A stretch of 64,000 nt of DNA, taken from the NCBI GenBank assembly GCA_946481335.1, contig CAMLMR010000001.1, forward strand, positions 10,187 to 74,186, written 5' to 3'. This document shows positions 1 to 11,091 of this stretch, one piece after another. The DNA comes from an uncultured Lactobacillus sp. (GTDB lineage Bacteria; Bacillota; Bacilli; Lactobacillales; Lactobacillaceae). The position numbers were made by a program, and so were the translations under genes. The notes below the pieces were generated by a model. The model was not told the origin of the DNA. It ran no database searches and saw only the letters and a program-made list of their open reading frames with translations. Position 1 is the first letter of the stretch; every line of letters starts with the position of its first letter.

Positions 1-474
1 TCTGTTGGTATGTTCGAACACGTTGGTAAAGAAAACTTAAACGAATACTTCTCATGCATTAACAAATACCTAAAGGATCATGGTGTTGCTTTGATTCATG
101 GAATTACAAGACAACAAGGTGGTGCTTACAACGGTTGGATTAACAAGTACATCTTCCCTGGTGGATATGTTCCAGGTATGACTGAAAACTTAGATCACAT
201 AGTTAACAATGGTCTTCAAATTTATGATTTAGAATCATTAAGAAGACACTACCAATACACATTGGAACACTGGGACAAAAACTTTAACGAACATATTGAT
301 GAAGTTAAAGAAGTTATGGGTGATGACGAACGCTTCTTAAGAATGTGGGACTTATACCTAAAGACATGTGCTGGTTCATTCAAGGCTGGTAACATTGACG
401 TTATGCAATACTTAATCTCAAAGGGTCCTTCAGGACAAGAACTACCAATTACTAGAGATTACATGTACAAATAA
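1..474 (+). CDS. cfa: Cyclopropane-fatty-acyl-phospholipid synthase, C-terminal part (5' end outside window)
   Basis: Frame is open from base 1 (SVGMFEHVG). The [10 protein letters not shown] and LRMWDLYL motifs match CFA synthases. Confidence 0.93.
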   Translation, partial: SVGMFEHVGKENLNEYFSCINKYLKDHGVALIHGITRQQGGAYNGWINKYIFPGGYVPGMTENLDHIVNNGLQIYDLESLRRHYQYTLEHWDKNFNEHIDEVKEVMGDDERFLRMWDLYLKTCAGSFKAGNIDVMQYLISKGPSGQELPITRDYMYK

Positions 475-488
475 ATATAAAAACCATT

Positions 489-527
489 AAAAAAACATCG
501 GTGAAAAAATTTCACCGATGTTTTTTT
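489..527 (+). terminator. Rho-independent terminator after cfa
   Basis: Inverted repeat aaaaaaacatcggtgaaa / tttcaccgatgttttttt with a T tract. Confidence 0.9.
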
Positions 528-539
528 ATACATTTTGTC

Positions 540-569
540 TTGACATTCATTTCTAACTTATGGTTTAAT
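540..569 (+). promoter_or_regulatory. Sigma-A promoter of the first EIIC-like gene
   Basis: TTGACA (540-545), 18 nt spacer, TG-n-TTTAAT (561-569). Confidence 0.65.
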
Positions 570-647
570 TATAAAAATTTTAATTAGTTTCTAATCTAAT
601 TTTAATTTAAAATATAATTACTTTTTAAGTAAGGGAGTTGATTCAAT

Positions 648-1772
648 ATGATAAATGCAACAAAAGATGATTCACCTCAGATGAATGCTGCGAATTTCGC
701 ACAAGTCAAAGTTAAATCTGGGTTTAAGGAAAGTGCATATTTAGTGTTCAATGGGGTGTCTAATGCGATTTTAGTCACATTAGGTGTTGGTTTATTATTA
801 GGTGCTATTGCCAACTTTGTCCACTGGACGGCTTTAGCCGAAATTGGATTAATTTGCCAATACTTAATGGCCCCAGCCATAGGTGCTGCCGTTGCTTCTC
901 AATTAAAAACTAATACTTTGGTATTATTTAGTTCAATGATTGCCGCAACGGTCGGAGCAAATAACGTATTCTTCACATCAGCTGTGACTAATGCAGTTAC
1001 TGCAACCGGACACGTATTACCTCAACCTGTAGGATCAGCTGTCTTCATGATTGGTCAACCTGTTAGTGCATTAGGTGGCGCTGTTGTCGCCACAATCGTT
1101 GGTAAATACTTAACCGGTAAAACTCCTTTGGATATGTTCTTAGTACCATTTGCAGCTACATTCGTAGGAACCGTTGCCGCTTTAGGTTTCGCAACCGTTA
1201 CTACCCCTGCTCTTGTATGGTTATCAGGTGTAATTGCCAAAACAATGGCTATCAACCCATTCATTGGTGGACTGGTAATCTCAGTAGTATGGGCAATTTT
1301 CCTATTAACTCCAGCTTCATCAGCAGCATTATCAATCGCTGTTATGCTGGATCCATTATCTTCAGGAGCTGCACTACTTGGAACTACTGCGCAATTCATT
1401 TCATACACAGTGATGTCATTTAGAGAAAACAAATCAGGTGCAAACATTGCTCAAGGTCTAATTACTCCTAAGGTTCAATTCGGTAACATTACTAAGAACC
1501 CTTACATCGCACTTCCTGGAATTGTCTCTGCTGCAATTATCGGACCAATTGGAACTTTAGTATTCCACTTCTCAGTATCTTACAAGATTGCTGGTTTGGG
1601 ACTAAACTCACTAATCGCTCCAATTACCCTTGCTTCAGAAAGTATACCAAAACTAGCTGTCTACGTAGTTTTGGGTGTAGTTGTACCAGCTGTAATTTCA
1701 GTGGTACTTGTTAGAGTTCTAAAGGCTGCTCATAAAATCAAAAAGGACGATATGAAAATCGATATTGTCTAA
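648..1772 (+). CDS. PfoR-like / PTS EIIC_2-family membrane protein, paralog 1
   Basis: Multi-TM protein with GKTPLDMFLVP, LLTPASSAAL and ITPKVQFGNI motifs typical of the PfoR family; RBS aagggag. Confidence 0.75.
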   Translation: MINATKDDSPQMNAANFAQVKVKSGFKESAYLVFNGVSNAILVTLGVGLLLGAIANFVHWTALAEIGLICQYLMAPAIGAAVASQLKTNTLVLFSSMIAATVGANNVFFTSAVTNAVTATGHVLPQPVGSAVFMIGQPVSALGGAVVATIVGKYLTGKTPLDMFLVPFAATFVGTVAALGFATVTTPALVWLSGVIAKTMAINPFIGGLVISVVWAIFLLTPASSAALSIAVMLDPLSSGAALLGTTAQFISYTVMSFRENKSGANIAQGLITPKVQFGNITKNPYIALPGIVSAAIIGPIGTLVFHFSVSYKIAGLGLNSLIAPITLASESIPKLAVYVVLGVVVPAVISVVLVRVLKAAHKIKKDDMKIDIV

Positions 1773-1777
1773 TCTTC

Positions 1778-1810
1778 AAAAAGTACTGGCGGTTATCGCT
1801 GGTGCTTTTT
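1778..1810 (+). terminator. Terminator between the two EIIC-like paralogs
   Basis: aaaagtactggcg-gttat-cgctggtgcttttt; 13-bp stem including 3 G-U pairs, followed by a T tract. Confidence 0.65.
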
Positions 1811-1864
1811 AGTATATTTGCGGCCCGGTAGAACTTAGTTTTCTATATAAGGGAGTGGATTCAA

Positions 1865-2974
1865 ATGATTGATGTAGCAAAAAAAGACGCCCCACAAATT
1901 GATATGGTAAAGCCTTTGTCTTCCGTCAAAGAAAATATCTTTTTGGTTGTTACTGGAGTCTCAAACGCGATTTTTGTTACGCTAGGTATCGGAATGTTGA
2001 TAGTTGCCATCGCCAACTTGATACACTGGTCTGCACTATACCAGATCGGTATCATTGACCAGGTACTAATGGCCCCCGCCATCGGTGCTGCCGTTGCTCA
2101 TCAGCTAAAAACCAATACTTTGGTTATGTTTAGCTCGATGATTGCCGCAACGGTTGGTGCCAACAATGTCTTTTTCACAGAAAAAACCATCAACGCCGTC
2201 ACAGCAACAGGTCACTTGCTATCCCAGCCTACCGGGTCATCAGTATTTATGATTGGACAACCAATTAGTGCTTTAGGTGGTGCTATTATCGCAACACTTA
2301 TCGGAAAGTATCTATCAGGAAAGACACCATTGGATATGTTCTTAGTACCCTTTTGTGCAACAATGCTGGGATCAATAATTGCGTTAGGATTAGCAGCAAT
2401 CACAACCCCTGCTTTAGTATGGGTATCAAAAGTAATTGCTAAAAGCATGATTGTAAACCCCATCGTGGGTTCAATTACCGTTGCGTTAGTCTGGTCAGTA
2501 TTTTTAATGACACCAGCATCATCGGCGGCACTGGCGATTGCGGTGATGCTCGATCCTCTATCTTCTGGAGCTGCATTGCTTGGCACTACCGCTCAATACG
2601 TTTCATACACGGTAATGTCATTTAGAGTAAATCGACCTGGTGCCAACATCGCCCAAGGGTTAATTACCCCTAAGGTGCAATTCGGCAACATTACCAAGAA
2701 TCCATATATCTTAATTCCTGGTATGGTATCTTCCGCAATTGTAGCACCAATTGGAACATTATTATTCCATTTCTCCACGACATATAAACTAGCAGGATTA
2801 GGAACTAATTCATTAATCGTTCCTCTTACCTTCGCTAGTCAAAGCCTATCCAAACTAGCAATTTACATTGCTCTAGGCATCGTCATGCCATCGATTATCT
2901 CATTAACTGTCTTAAAGATATTAAAGGCGTGTCATAAGGTAAAAGACGATGATATGAAGATGCACATCGTATAA
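1865..2974 (+). CDS. PfoR-like / PTS EIIC_2-family membrane protein, paralog 2
   Basis: Colinear and highly similar to 648..1772 over its full length. Confidence 0.75.
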   Translation: MIDVAKKDAPQIDMVKPLSSVKENIFLVVTGVSNAIFVTLGIGMLIVAIANLIHWSALYQIGIIDQVLMAPAIGAAVAHQLKTNTLVMFSSMIAATVGANNVFFTEKTINAVTATGHLLSQPTGSSVFMIGQPISALGGAIIATLIGKYLSGKTPLDMFLVPFCATMLGSIIALGLAAITTPALVWVSKVIAKSMIVNPIVGSITVALVWSVFLMTPASSAALAIAVMLDPLSSGAALLGTTAQYVSYTVMSFRVNRPGANIAQGLITPKVQFGNITKNPYILIPGMVSSAIVAPIGTLLFHFSTTYKLAGLGTNSLIVPLTFASQSLSKLAIYIALGIVMPSIISLTVLKILKACHKVKDDDMKMHIV

Positions 2975-2983
2975 AAACAAATT

Positions 2984-3015
2984 AAAAAGCACTGGTCGAT
3001 TGACCAGTGCTTTTA
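2984..3015. terminator. Bidirectional terminator between paralog 2 and azlD
   Basis: aaaaagcactggtc-gatt-gaccagtgcttttt between convergent genes. Confidence 0.9.
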
Positions 3016-3027
3016 TTATTATCTAAT

Positions 3028-3360
3028 TTAAATAAATACTGCTAATACTAGTACAGCAGCTAATCCCAAAATAACAGATAGCGCCATTGATCTTGTCCAA
3101 TAAGCAATAATAAACACGATTAAGGCAGCTACTAGTTCAGGTGCTTTTCCTGATACCGATAAAGTATATGATGATGTAATACATAAATCCTTAACAACCA
3201 ATGAGGTAAATAAGGCTATAGGTATGTAACCCATCCATTCGTTAAACCACTTAGGAATCTTTCTAGTTCGAAAGAATGCTAGTGGGACGAATCTAGGGAT
3301 AAAAGCAACCACAAAACATAATATAATCAACCAAAAATGTTGAGTTGAATTCCATTCCAT
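3028..3360 (-). CDS. azlD: AzlD-family branched-chain amino acid transport protein
   Basis: 110 aa hydrophobic protein with FIPRFVP and MALSVILG motifs, directly downstream of azlC; RBS aggag. Confidence 0.8.
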   Translation of the reverse strand: MEWNSTQHFWLIILCFVVAFIPRFVPLAFFRTRKIPKWFNEWMGYIPIALFTSLVVKDLCITSSYTLSVSGKAPELVAALIVFIIAYWTRSMALSVILGLAAVLVLAVFI

Positions 3361-3387
3361 AGAATATCTCCTAATCCGTTTTTAAAG

Positions 3388-4188
3388 TTATTCAGTCTCT
3401 TCTTCTTCATCAAACTTATCTTCAGGGGTACCCGCAGGGTTCTTAAATAAGCGAAGCAAGCGATTCTTCTTGTACTTTTCATAGTGGCTTCTAATCCATG
3501 ATTCAATAAAGAATCCAACGAATGAAGCTAACAGAGTTGAAACGACTAATCCTAAAGTGGATTTCATCAATAACATGAATGCAATTGCCAATACAATTGT
3601 TAATAGAATGATTAACACCTTTAGTAATGACTTCATTTGCATAACGATCATATAAATAAATAGTGCAGTTAGCGCAAAGTGAACGACTGTTAAATTAATT
3701 GAAAGTGATGAACCCACTAGACTACCAATAATGGTACTAATTGTCCAAACAACTAAAGCGTAGTGTTCAATTTGCAAAGCATCTTGAGCAGTAAACTTCT
3801 TATCAGTTGATAGTTTCAAATAATTTACAGCATATGTTTCATCGTTCAATGAAACTGCAAATAACACAGTAAACCAAAATGACTTACCTTGTAAATATTT
3901 AGAAATACTGGATCCTAATAATGCGTATCTTAACTCTAGGAAAAACATCATAATTACAATCGATAATAATGGTGAGTTAATGGTTAACATGGAGGCAATT
4001 AAAAATTGCGCACCACCAGAGAAAACCATTAATGATACTAAAGCTGTTAATAAAGTATTAAATCCAGCTGCATGAAGTAAAATCCCACATGCAATTCCAA
4101 TGGGAACGTAGCTAATATTCAAGGGCATTGCCGTCTTCAAGTTGGTTAGCCAACGCGGTTCATTTGGATTTGGTACTTGCTTTGTCAA
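3388..4188 (-). CDS. azlC: AzlC-family branched-chain amino acid permease
   Basis: SYVPIGIACG, VFSGGAQF and LNDETYA motifs; TTG start. Confidence 0.88.
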   Translation of the reverse strand: MTKQVPNPNEPRWLTNLKTAMPLNISYVPIGIACGILLHAAGFNTLLTALVSLMVFSGGAQFLIASMLTINSPLLSIVIMMFFLELRYALLGSSISKYLQGKSFWFTVLFAVSLNDETYAVNYLKLSTDKKFTAQDALQIEHYALVVWTISTIIGSLVGSSLSINLTVVHFALTALFIYMIVMQMKSLLKVLIILLTIVLAIAFMLLMKSTLGLVVSTLLASFVGFFIESWIRSHYEKYKKNRLLRLFKNPAGTPEDKFDEEEETE

Positions 4189-4384
4189 ATAATATTCCCC
4201 CGTTTAAAAACAATAGGTCTTAATTTTCAACGATTTGTAAACAGTCAGATAAAAATCAAACTTTATCTATTATTATAACGCAAAATAGTTTGTTTTATCT
4301 AACTTATTTACATAATTTTAATAAAACATCATTGTTTTATTATTATAAACACAGTAAATATATTGAGTAAACAACGTTTCCAAT

Positions 4385-4418
4385 AAAAAAAGAGTTATCA
4401 TTTTAATAACTCTTTTTT
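4385..4418 (-). terminator. Terminator after dacA
   Basis: aaaaaagagttat...ataactctttttt inverted repeat at the dacA stop codon. Confidence 0.8.
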
Positions 4419-5787
4419 AAAATAGATTAACAATCCATCTCCAGGCTCTAACGAAAATGTTAGGTTTATCACCATCATGATTAGCGATTAAATCAAATCT
4501 GTGGGATACGCCCTTCATATACTTAACGTGGGCGACTTTGGCGGTGGCAATTTTATCGCCCTTATCAAAACCAGCATCAACGCTTGATCCGTCAGCATAT
4601 TCACCTGTTGACTTGATGTCTTTAATATTTAATTTTTGTTTCTTTGTTAGCCATACACCTTGAGTGTTAGAAATTGCTAAATCAGAAGTATTGCTCTTAC
4701 CACCCTTTACCTTAATCTTGCCGTTATTTCTACCATTAGTAGCACTCTTAACGGTTTGACCATGTGAAAGTTTAACGTAGTGGTATTTAGCGTATACGAA
4801 CTTCATTAGCTTTCTAGTTTGGATAAATCTAGCTGGATCGTATTGGCCAGAATTAGGAACACCCATCACAACCGTGATGATTCTGTGGCCATTCTTAACC
4901 GCGGTCCCTGTAAAACATGCCTTGGCGGTATCAGAGGTTCCGGTTTTTAGACCATCGACTTTGATATCAGGTAGTTCTTGGCTACGTCCCTTAATCATCC
5001 AATTCCAGTTCAGCATTGTTTGACCATCAAACTTAGTGGTATTAGCTGAAGTTGTCTTTAAGATATTTGGGTAATATTTTAAAATCTTCATTGCCAATAA
5101 AGCCATGTCTCTTGCGGATAACTTGTTTTCGGCATCAGAAGAAACGCCCTTAAAGCCAAGTGAACCAACTTCACCATTTGTTAGACCACAGGCGGTATAA
5201 ATCTTGGCATCAGTGATACCAATTTTTTTGGCCTCTTTACGCATTAATAAAGCAAACTTTTGAGTACTTCCCGCCACTCCATATCCTAATGCCATGGTAG
5301 CGGCATTTTCTGAATAGATGGCGGTTTGATAAAGTTGTCTAATCGTATAAGAATGACCTAAACGTAATTTTACGTTGGCATAATTATGATTAACACTTAA
5401 ATCATGAAGTGCCTTATTAATTTTTACTTTATCATCCCAATGAATCTTGCCTTCTTTAATGTACTTCAAAGTGACATATAAAGTTAGTAGCTTACTCATT
5501 GAAGCTGTTGGTAGTGATTCATTAATGTTTTTTGCGTACAACAATTGTCCTGTTTGATAATCAATTGCAATTGCTGATTTAGCAGTTAGTGTTAGTGGTT
5601 GGTTCGTCTTTAATAACGTTTTAACCTGAGCATCCAATTCTTTACTACGCTGCATTTCAACAGCCTTTGATGTATTTGAATTAGACGATGTAGTCGTTGT
5701 TTGAGCACTTGCTGTTAAAGGCATTGTAATGAATATAACTAATGCAATTAAAGCAATACTAAGCTTGTGAACAAGCTTACTTTGCAT
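4417..5787 (-). CDS. dacA: D-alanyl-D-alanine carboxypeptidase (peptidase S11)
   Basis: Signal peptide; SxxK (TASMSK), SxN (YSEN) and KTG (GLKTGT) motifs; overlaps the kinase stop codon. Confidence 0.9.
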   Translation of the reverse strand: MQSKLVHKLSIALIALVIFITMPLTASAQTTTTSSNSNTSKAVEMQRSKELDAQVKTLLKTNQPLTLTAKSAIAIDYQTGQLLYAKNINESLPTASMSKLLTLYVTLKYIKEGKIHWDDKVKINKALHDLSVNHNYANVKLRLGHSYTIRQLYQTAIYSENAATMALGYGVAGSTQKFALLMRKEAKKIGITDAKIYTACGLTNGEVGSLGFKGVSSDAENKLSARDMALLAMKILKYYPNILKTTSANTTKFDGQTMLNWNWMIKGRSQELPDIKVDGLKTGTSDTAKACFTGTAVKNGHRIITVVMGVPNSGQYDPARFIQTRKLMKFVYAKYHYVKLSHGQTVKSATNGRNNGKIKVKGGKSNTSDLAISNTQGVWLTKKQKLNIKDIKSTGEYADGSSVDAGFDKGDKIATAKVAHVKYMKGVSHRFDLIANHDGDKPNIFVRAWRWIVNLF

Positions 5788-6985
5788 TATCGATAACCTC
5801 CTGTTGCCCTTCTTCTTTTTTGGTTGGTGTTAACTTGTCACCGTGTTTAATTGGTAGATGGAGTGTAAACGTAGTCAATTCATCGTTAGATGCAACTGAA
5901 CAGTAACCACCATGGATATTAACAACTTCGTATACGATTGCTAAACCAAGTCCAGTTCCCCCAGTTGACTTATTACGTGAATTTTCAACGCGGTAGAAAC
6001 GATCGAAAACGTGTTTAATTGAGTCTTCTGGAATCTTTTCACCGTCATTTGAAACCTTGATTTCTAATTCTTTTTCATTGACACGAAAACCTTCAACATA
6101 AATGTTATGACCATCATGACCGTACTTCAAAGCATTGTTAATTAGATTGTTAACCGCACGAGCCAAGTCGGTCGGACTACCATCAATAACTAAATTATCA
6201 AAGTTGGTCTTGCTATGCATTTGCATATCCTTTTCGGCCATTTCTAAATCAAATCCAGCAGCAATTTGGTCAATCATTGCCTTCATTTCAATCTTTCTAG
6301 TGTTTAACTTACTGTAATCTTTATCAGTAATTTTTGTGTATTCAAATAAATCATCAGCTAAAGTCTTCATTTGTCTAGCCTTTGAATAGGCAATATGAAC
6401 ATACTTAGCTAAATCTTCTTCACTAGTATATTGTTTATTCTCAATTAATCCTAAATACCCAATGATTGAAGTCAATGGAGTTCTAATATCATGAGAAACG
6501 TTAGAAATTAATTCATCCTTCGATTTTTCCGTCTTTAATTCTTCAGACATCGAATGAATAACATTATTTACCAATACATTAATACTTTCGACGATTCTTT
6601 GATCATCACCGATTAGTTTATATGGAATTGTGTAATCGAAATTACCATCCGCAATATAATGCAAATCGTTAATAATATGTTGCTCTTGAATACGTTTATA
6701 ATGCATGAACAAACGAATATACAACACAAACATATCCAATGCGGCAATCATAACTACAAACCCGTTGCTCCAACTCCATAGTTGGATATGATTTCCTGCA
6801 ATTAGAGAATTACCAAAACGAATTAACTGATTACGCCAATCCGGATGGGTTGTGTAATACACCTCTGTTGCAAAGAAAACCAAGAAATTAACTATCAATA
6901 TAAATAAACTAGTTAGAATAGCATCAGTTACTAATCCAATTCGTTCTTTATGTGTTAACTTAATTGATTTACTATTACTCTTCAT
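5777..6985 (-). CDS. Sensor histidine kinase, CroS-like
   Basis: Two TM helices and a HAMP-like linker; H-box SHDIRTPLTSI, N-box NNALKYG, G-box GGTGLGL. Confidence 0.92.
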   Translation of the reverse strand: MKSNSKSIKLTHKERIGLVTDAILTSLFILIVNFLVFFATEVYYTTHPDWRNQLIRFGNSLIAGNHIQLWSWSNGFVVMIAALDMFVLYIRLFMHYKRIQEQHIINDLHYIADGNFDYTIPYKLIGDDQRIVESINVLVNNVIHSMSEELKTEKSKDELISNVSHDIRTPLTSIIGYLGLIENKQYTSEEDLAKYVHIAYSKARQMKTLADDLFEYTKITDKDYSKLNTRKIEMKAMIDQIAAGFDLEMAEKDMQMHSKTNFDNLVIDGSPTDLARAVNNLINNALKYGHDGHNIYVEGFRVNEKELEIKVSNDGEKIPEDSIKHVFDRFYRVENSRNKSTGGTGLGLAIVYEVVNIHGGYCSVASNDELTTFTLHLPIKHGDKLTPTKKEEGQQEVIDNAK

Positions 6986-7664
6986 TGATTCTGTATCCTA
7001 CTCCCCAGACAGTTTCAATAATCTTCTTACCATCTGTAGCATCTTCTAACTTATCACGTAAGTGACTCACGTGAACCATAACGGTCTTAGCAGAAATAAT
7101 GCTTTCTTGGCGCCATACTCGTTCAAAAATTTCATTTGCTGAGTAAACACGACCAGGATGACTTGCTAGTAAGTATAAAATACCAAATTCAATGGCAGTT
7201 AATTGAATGGATTTGCCTTCGCTAGTCTTAACTTCGTGAGATTCACGATTAATGGTTAAAGTCGCAACGTTAAGCACTTCTGGTTCACCTACAACAACCT
7301 TGTCGGTGTATCTTCTTAGAATTGAGTGCATTCGAGCCATTACTTCTAGCGGATTAAATGGTTTTGTTATGTAGTCATCAGCACCACCAACGAGTCCTTC
7401 AATCTTATCAATGTCTTCTGTCTTGGCAGATAGAATCATGATTGGTAAACTAATTTCTCTTCTGACACGTTTTAATACTTCGAAACCAGACAATTTTGGC
7501 ATCATAATGTCTAGAATCATAAGTCCAATTTCACTATTTTTTCTTAATTCTGTTAGGGCGGCTTCTCCGTCATTTACAATGACAGTTTCGTATCCTTCGT
7601 TTCGTATGTAAATCTTTAATAATTCAGCAATTTCTTGATCATCGTCTACTACTAAAACTTTCAT
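6975..7664 (-). CDS. OmpR-family response regulator, CroR-like
   Basis: Receiver motifs VVDDD, LDIMMP and DDYITKPF plus a winged-helix C-terminus (ETVWGVGY); closely resembles enterococcal CroR. Confidence 0.93.
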   Translation of the reverse strand: MKVLVVDDDQEIAELLKIYIRNEGYETVIVNDGEAALTELRKNSEIGLMILDIMMPKLSGFEVLKRVRREISLPIMILSAKTEDIDKIEGLVGGADDYITKPFNPLEVMARMHSILRRYTDKVVVGEPEVLNVATLTINRESHEVKTSEGKSIQLTAIEFGILYLLASHPGRVYSANEIFERVWRQESIISAKTVMVHVSHLRDKLEDATDGKKIIETVWGVGYRINEE

Positions 7665-7738
7665 TGAGACGCCTTCTTTCTTTAATTAATATATTTTTAT
7701 ATTAACACAACATAAGGATTTGTTATATAAAACAAAAG

Positions 7739-7767
7739 AAAAAAGACGCTAAAATTAGCATCTTTTT
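7739..7767 (-). terminator. Terminator after guaB
   Basis: aaaaagacgcta-aaat-tagcatcttttt. Confidence 0.7.
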
Positions 7768-7786
7768 AATGGTTTTAATGTATATC

Positions 7787-8944
<1,158 letters not shown>

Positions 8945-9013
8945 TTATTTTTTAATGTCTAATATACAAAAAATGCCAGAGAAAATCAAATTTAATTTTC
9001 ACTGACATTATTT

Positions 9014-9742
9014 TTATCTTCTATTTGGTGTTCTAGGTGTCATCACATTAACTGTAATTTCGTAGTTTTTGTGAATCCAGAACGCTGCGAATGCTGAGAT
9101 TGCAGCTAAAATAAAGTTAACAATTGGTGATACGGCCATGTTAATTCCTGCTTGTGGAATTTGAACAATAACCATGAACGCACCAATCCACACAATTACT
9201 GATAGGATCAATAAACCAAAACGCACTAATCCACTGTACTTATGTTTTACGTTTCCGTCCAATAACCTAGTCATAATTGGCATAAAGATACCAAATACTA
9301 GAGAAATCAATACTAGAGATAAAATCCCTACTGATTGTTTTTCTTTGGCGTTAGTTTGAATTAACAAAGTAATTCCGTATAACAAGTTAAAAATCACAAA
9401 GAAGAACAATGCGTTGAAGATTGCGTTAGGAGCAAAGTTATCCATCATTGAAATCTTTTTCTTTGGTGGATTCATAATGAAGTTAATACGATCTTCAACA
9501 ATACCATATAAATTACGCGCAGTTGCACCGTGCTTTTGTTCAACTAGCAATTCGTCCTTCATTTGGTTAACAATTTCAACCTTACGTTCGTCTGATAGCT
9601 TAGTCTTCTTTAACTCTTTGTTAAATCTAAACATGTAATCTGAATTACGTTTAGTCAAACCAATCCCATCAAATTGTTGACGAGTCTTTTGTTCTGCTTC
9701 ATGTCTGTTTTGTTGTACATGAGCATTTCTCTTTTCAGTCAT
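9014..9742 (-). CDS. DUF1129-family membrane protein
   Basis: N-terminal LTKRNSDYM and QKHGATARNLYG motifs followed by 4 TM helices; usual position between ychF and guaB. Confidence 0.8.
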   Translation of the reverse strand: MTEKRNAHVQQNRHEAEQKTRQQFDGIGLTKRNSDYMFRFNKELKKTKLSDERKVEIVNQMKDELLVEQKHGATARNLYGIVEDRINFIMNPPKKKISMMDNFAPNAIFNALFFFVIFNLLYGITLLIQTNAKEKQSVGILSLVLISLVFGIFMPIMTRLLDGNVKHKYSGLVRFGLLILSVIVWIGAFMVIVQIPQAGINMAVSPIVNFILAAISAFAAFWIHKNYEITVNVMTPRTPNRR

Positions 9743-9760
9743 TGATGTCGTCCTTTCCGA

Positions 9761-10861
9761 TTAAACGTTGAATCTGAAGTTTACAATGTCACCATCTTGC
9801 ATAACATAATCTTTACCTTCAACACGTAGTTTACCTGCTTCCTTAACAGCTTGTTCGCTACCTAGCTTGTCTAGGTCGTCAAAAGCCATTACTTCAGCTC
9901 TGATGAAACCACGTTCGAAGTCTGAGTGAATAATTCCGGCAGCTTGAGGAGCCTTAGTACCCTTTAGGTAAGTCCAAGCCTTAGTTTCCTTACCACCAGC
10001 AGTGAAGAAGGTTTCTAGACCCAATAGGTTGTATGAAGCACGAATTAGCTTGTTTAGACCTGGTTCAGTAACCCCTTCAGCTTCTAGGAAAGTAGCCTTA
10101 TCTTCGTCATCTAATTCAGCGATTTCTTCTTCAGTTTCAGCAGCAATACCGATTGCTTGAGCATTTTCGTTTGCAGCGTATTCCTTAACTAATTGGAAGT
10201 ACTTTGAGCCTTCTGGATCAGCCATGTCATCTTCAGAGATGTTCGCTACGTATAGAACTGGTTTTGAAGTTAATAGGAATAATCCCTTAACAATCTTTTG
10301 TTCATCTTCGTCAAAGTCAATTGAACGAACTGGTTTACCAGCTTCTAGAACTGGCTTAATCTTTTCCAATACAGCTAATTCAGCAAGAGCATCTTCGTCC
10401 TTACCCTTAGCCGCCTTTTGAACACGACCTAAACGCTTAGTAACTGCATCTAAATCAGAGATACCTAGTTCTAAGTTAATTGTTTCAATATCAGCAATTG
10501 GATCAACCTTACCAGTAACGTGGGTAATGTTGTCATCATCAAAAGAACGAACAACGTGAACAATTGCGTCCACTTGTCTGATGTTTTCTAGGAACTTGTT
10601 ACCAAGACCTTCACCCTTACTTGCACCCTTAACAATACCGGCAATATCGGTAAATTCAAAGGTAGTAGGAACAATCTTCTTAGCTGGAATTAGTTCTTGA
10701 ATTCGATCAAGTCTGTCATCTGGTACTTCCACCATCCCTACGTTTGGATCAATTGTGGCAAATGGGTAGTTAGCCATTTCCGCACCAGCTTTAGTAATCG
10801 CATTAAATAGTGTAGATTTACCAACGTTTGGTAAACCAACAATTCCTGCTGTTAATGACAT
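9761..10861 (-). CDS. ychF: Redox-regulated ATPase/GTPase YchF
   Basis: [25 protein letters not shown] and [13 protein letters not shown] motifs. Confidence 0.98.
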   Translation of the reverse strand: MSLTAGIVGLPNVGKSTLFNAITKAGAEMANYPFATIDPNVGMVEVPDDRLDRIQELIPAKKIVPTTFEFTDIAGIVKGASKGEGLGNKFLENIRQVDAIVHVVRSFDDDNITHVTGKVDPIADIETINLELGISDLDAVTKRLGRVQKAAKGKDEDALAELAVLEKIKPVLEAGKPVRSIDFDEDEQKIVKGLFLLTSKPVLYVANISEDDMADPEGSKYFQLVKEYAANENAQAIGIAAETEEEIAELDDEDKATFLEAEGVTEPGLNKLIRASYNLLGLETFFTAGGKETKAWTYLKGTKAPQAAGIIHSDFERGFIRAEVMAFDDLDKLGSEQAVKEAGKLRVEGKDYVMQDGDIVNFRFNV

Positions 10862-10888
10862 ATTAATAATTCACTCTTTTCTTTAGAT

Positions 10889-11077
10889 TTAATCTTCTTG
10901 TGTACTTTGAATTACTTTTTTCATTTTCTTTTCAAATTCACGACGTGGAAGCATAACCACATGGCCGCACTTTTGACATTCAATCTTAATGTCTGCACCC
11001 ATTCGAATAATCTTCCAACTATTCTCTCCACATGGGTGGGCTTTCTTCATCATAACAACATCATTTAATGAATACAT
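10889..11077 (-). CDS. DUF951 (YyzM-like) small protein
   Basis: MKKAHPCG and RMGADIKIECQKCG motifs; start moved to the ATG at 11077, downstream of RBS aggag. Confidence 0.9.
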   Translation of the reverse strand: MYSLNDVVMMKKAHPCGENSWKIIRMGADIKIECQKCGHVVMLPRREFEKKMKKVIQSTQED

Positions 11078-11091
11078 ATTGAGCACTCCTT

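Noticed and set aside
3327-3518. 63-aa minus-strand ORF bridging azlC and azlD
   Set aside because: It overlaps both genes in another frame and has no RBS. azlD has its own aggag RBS and ATG, so no frameshift fusion is needed.
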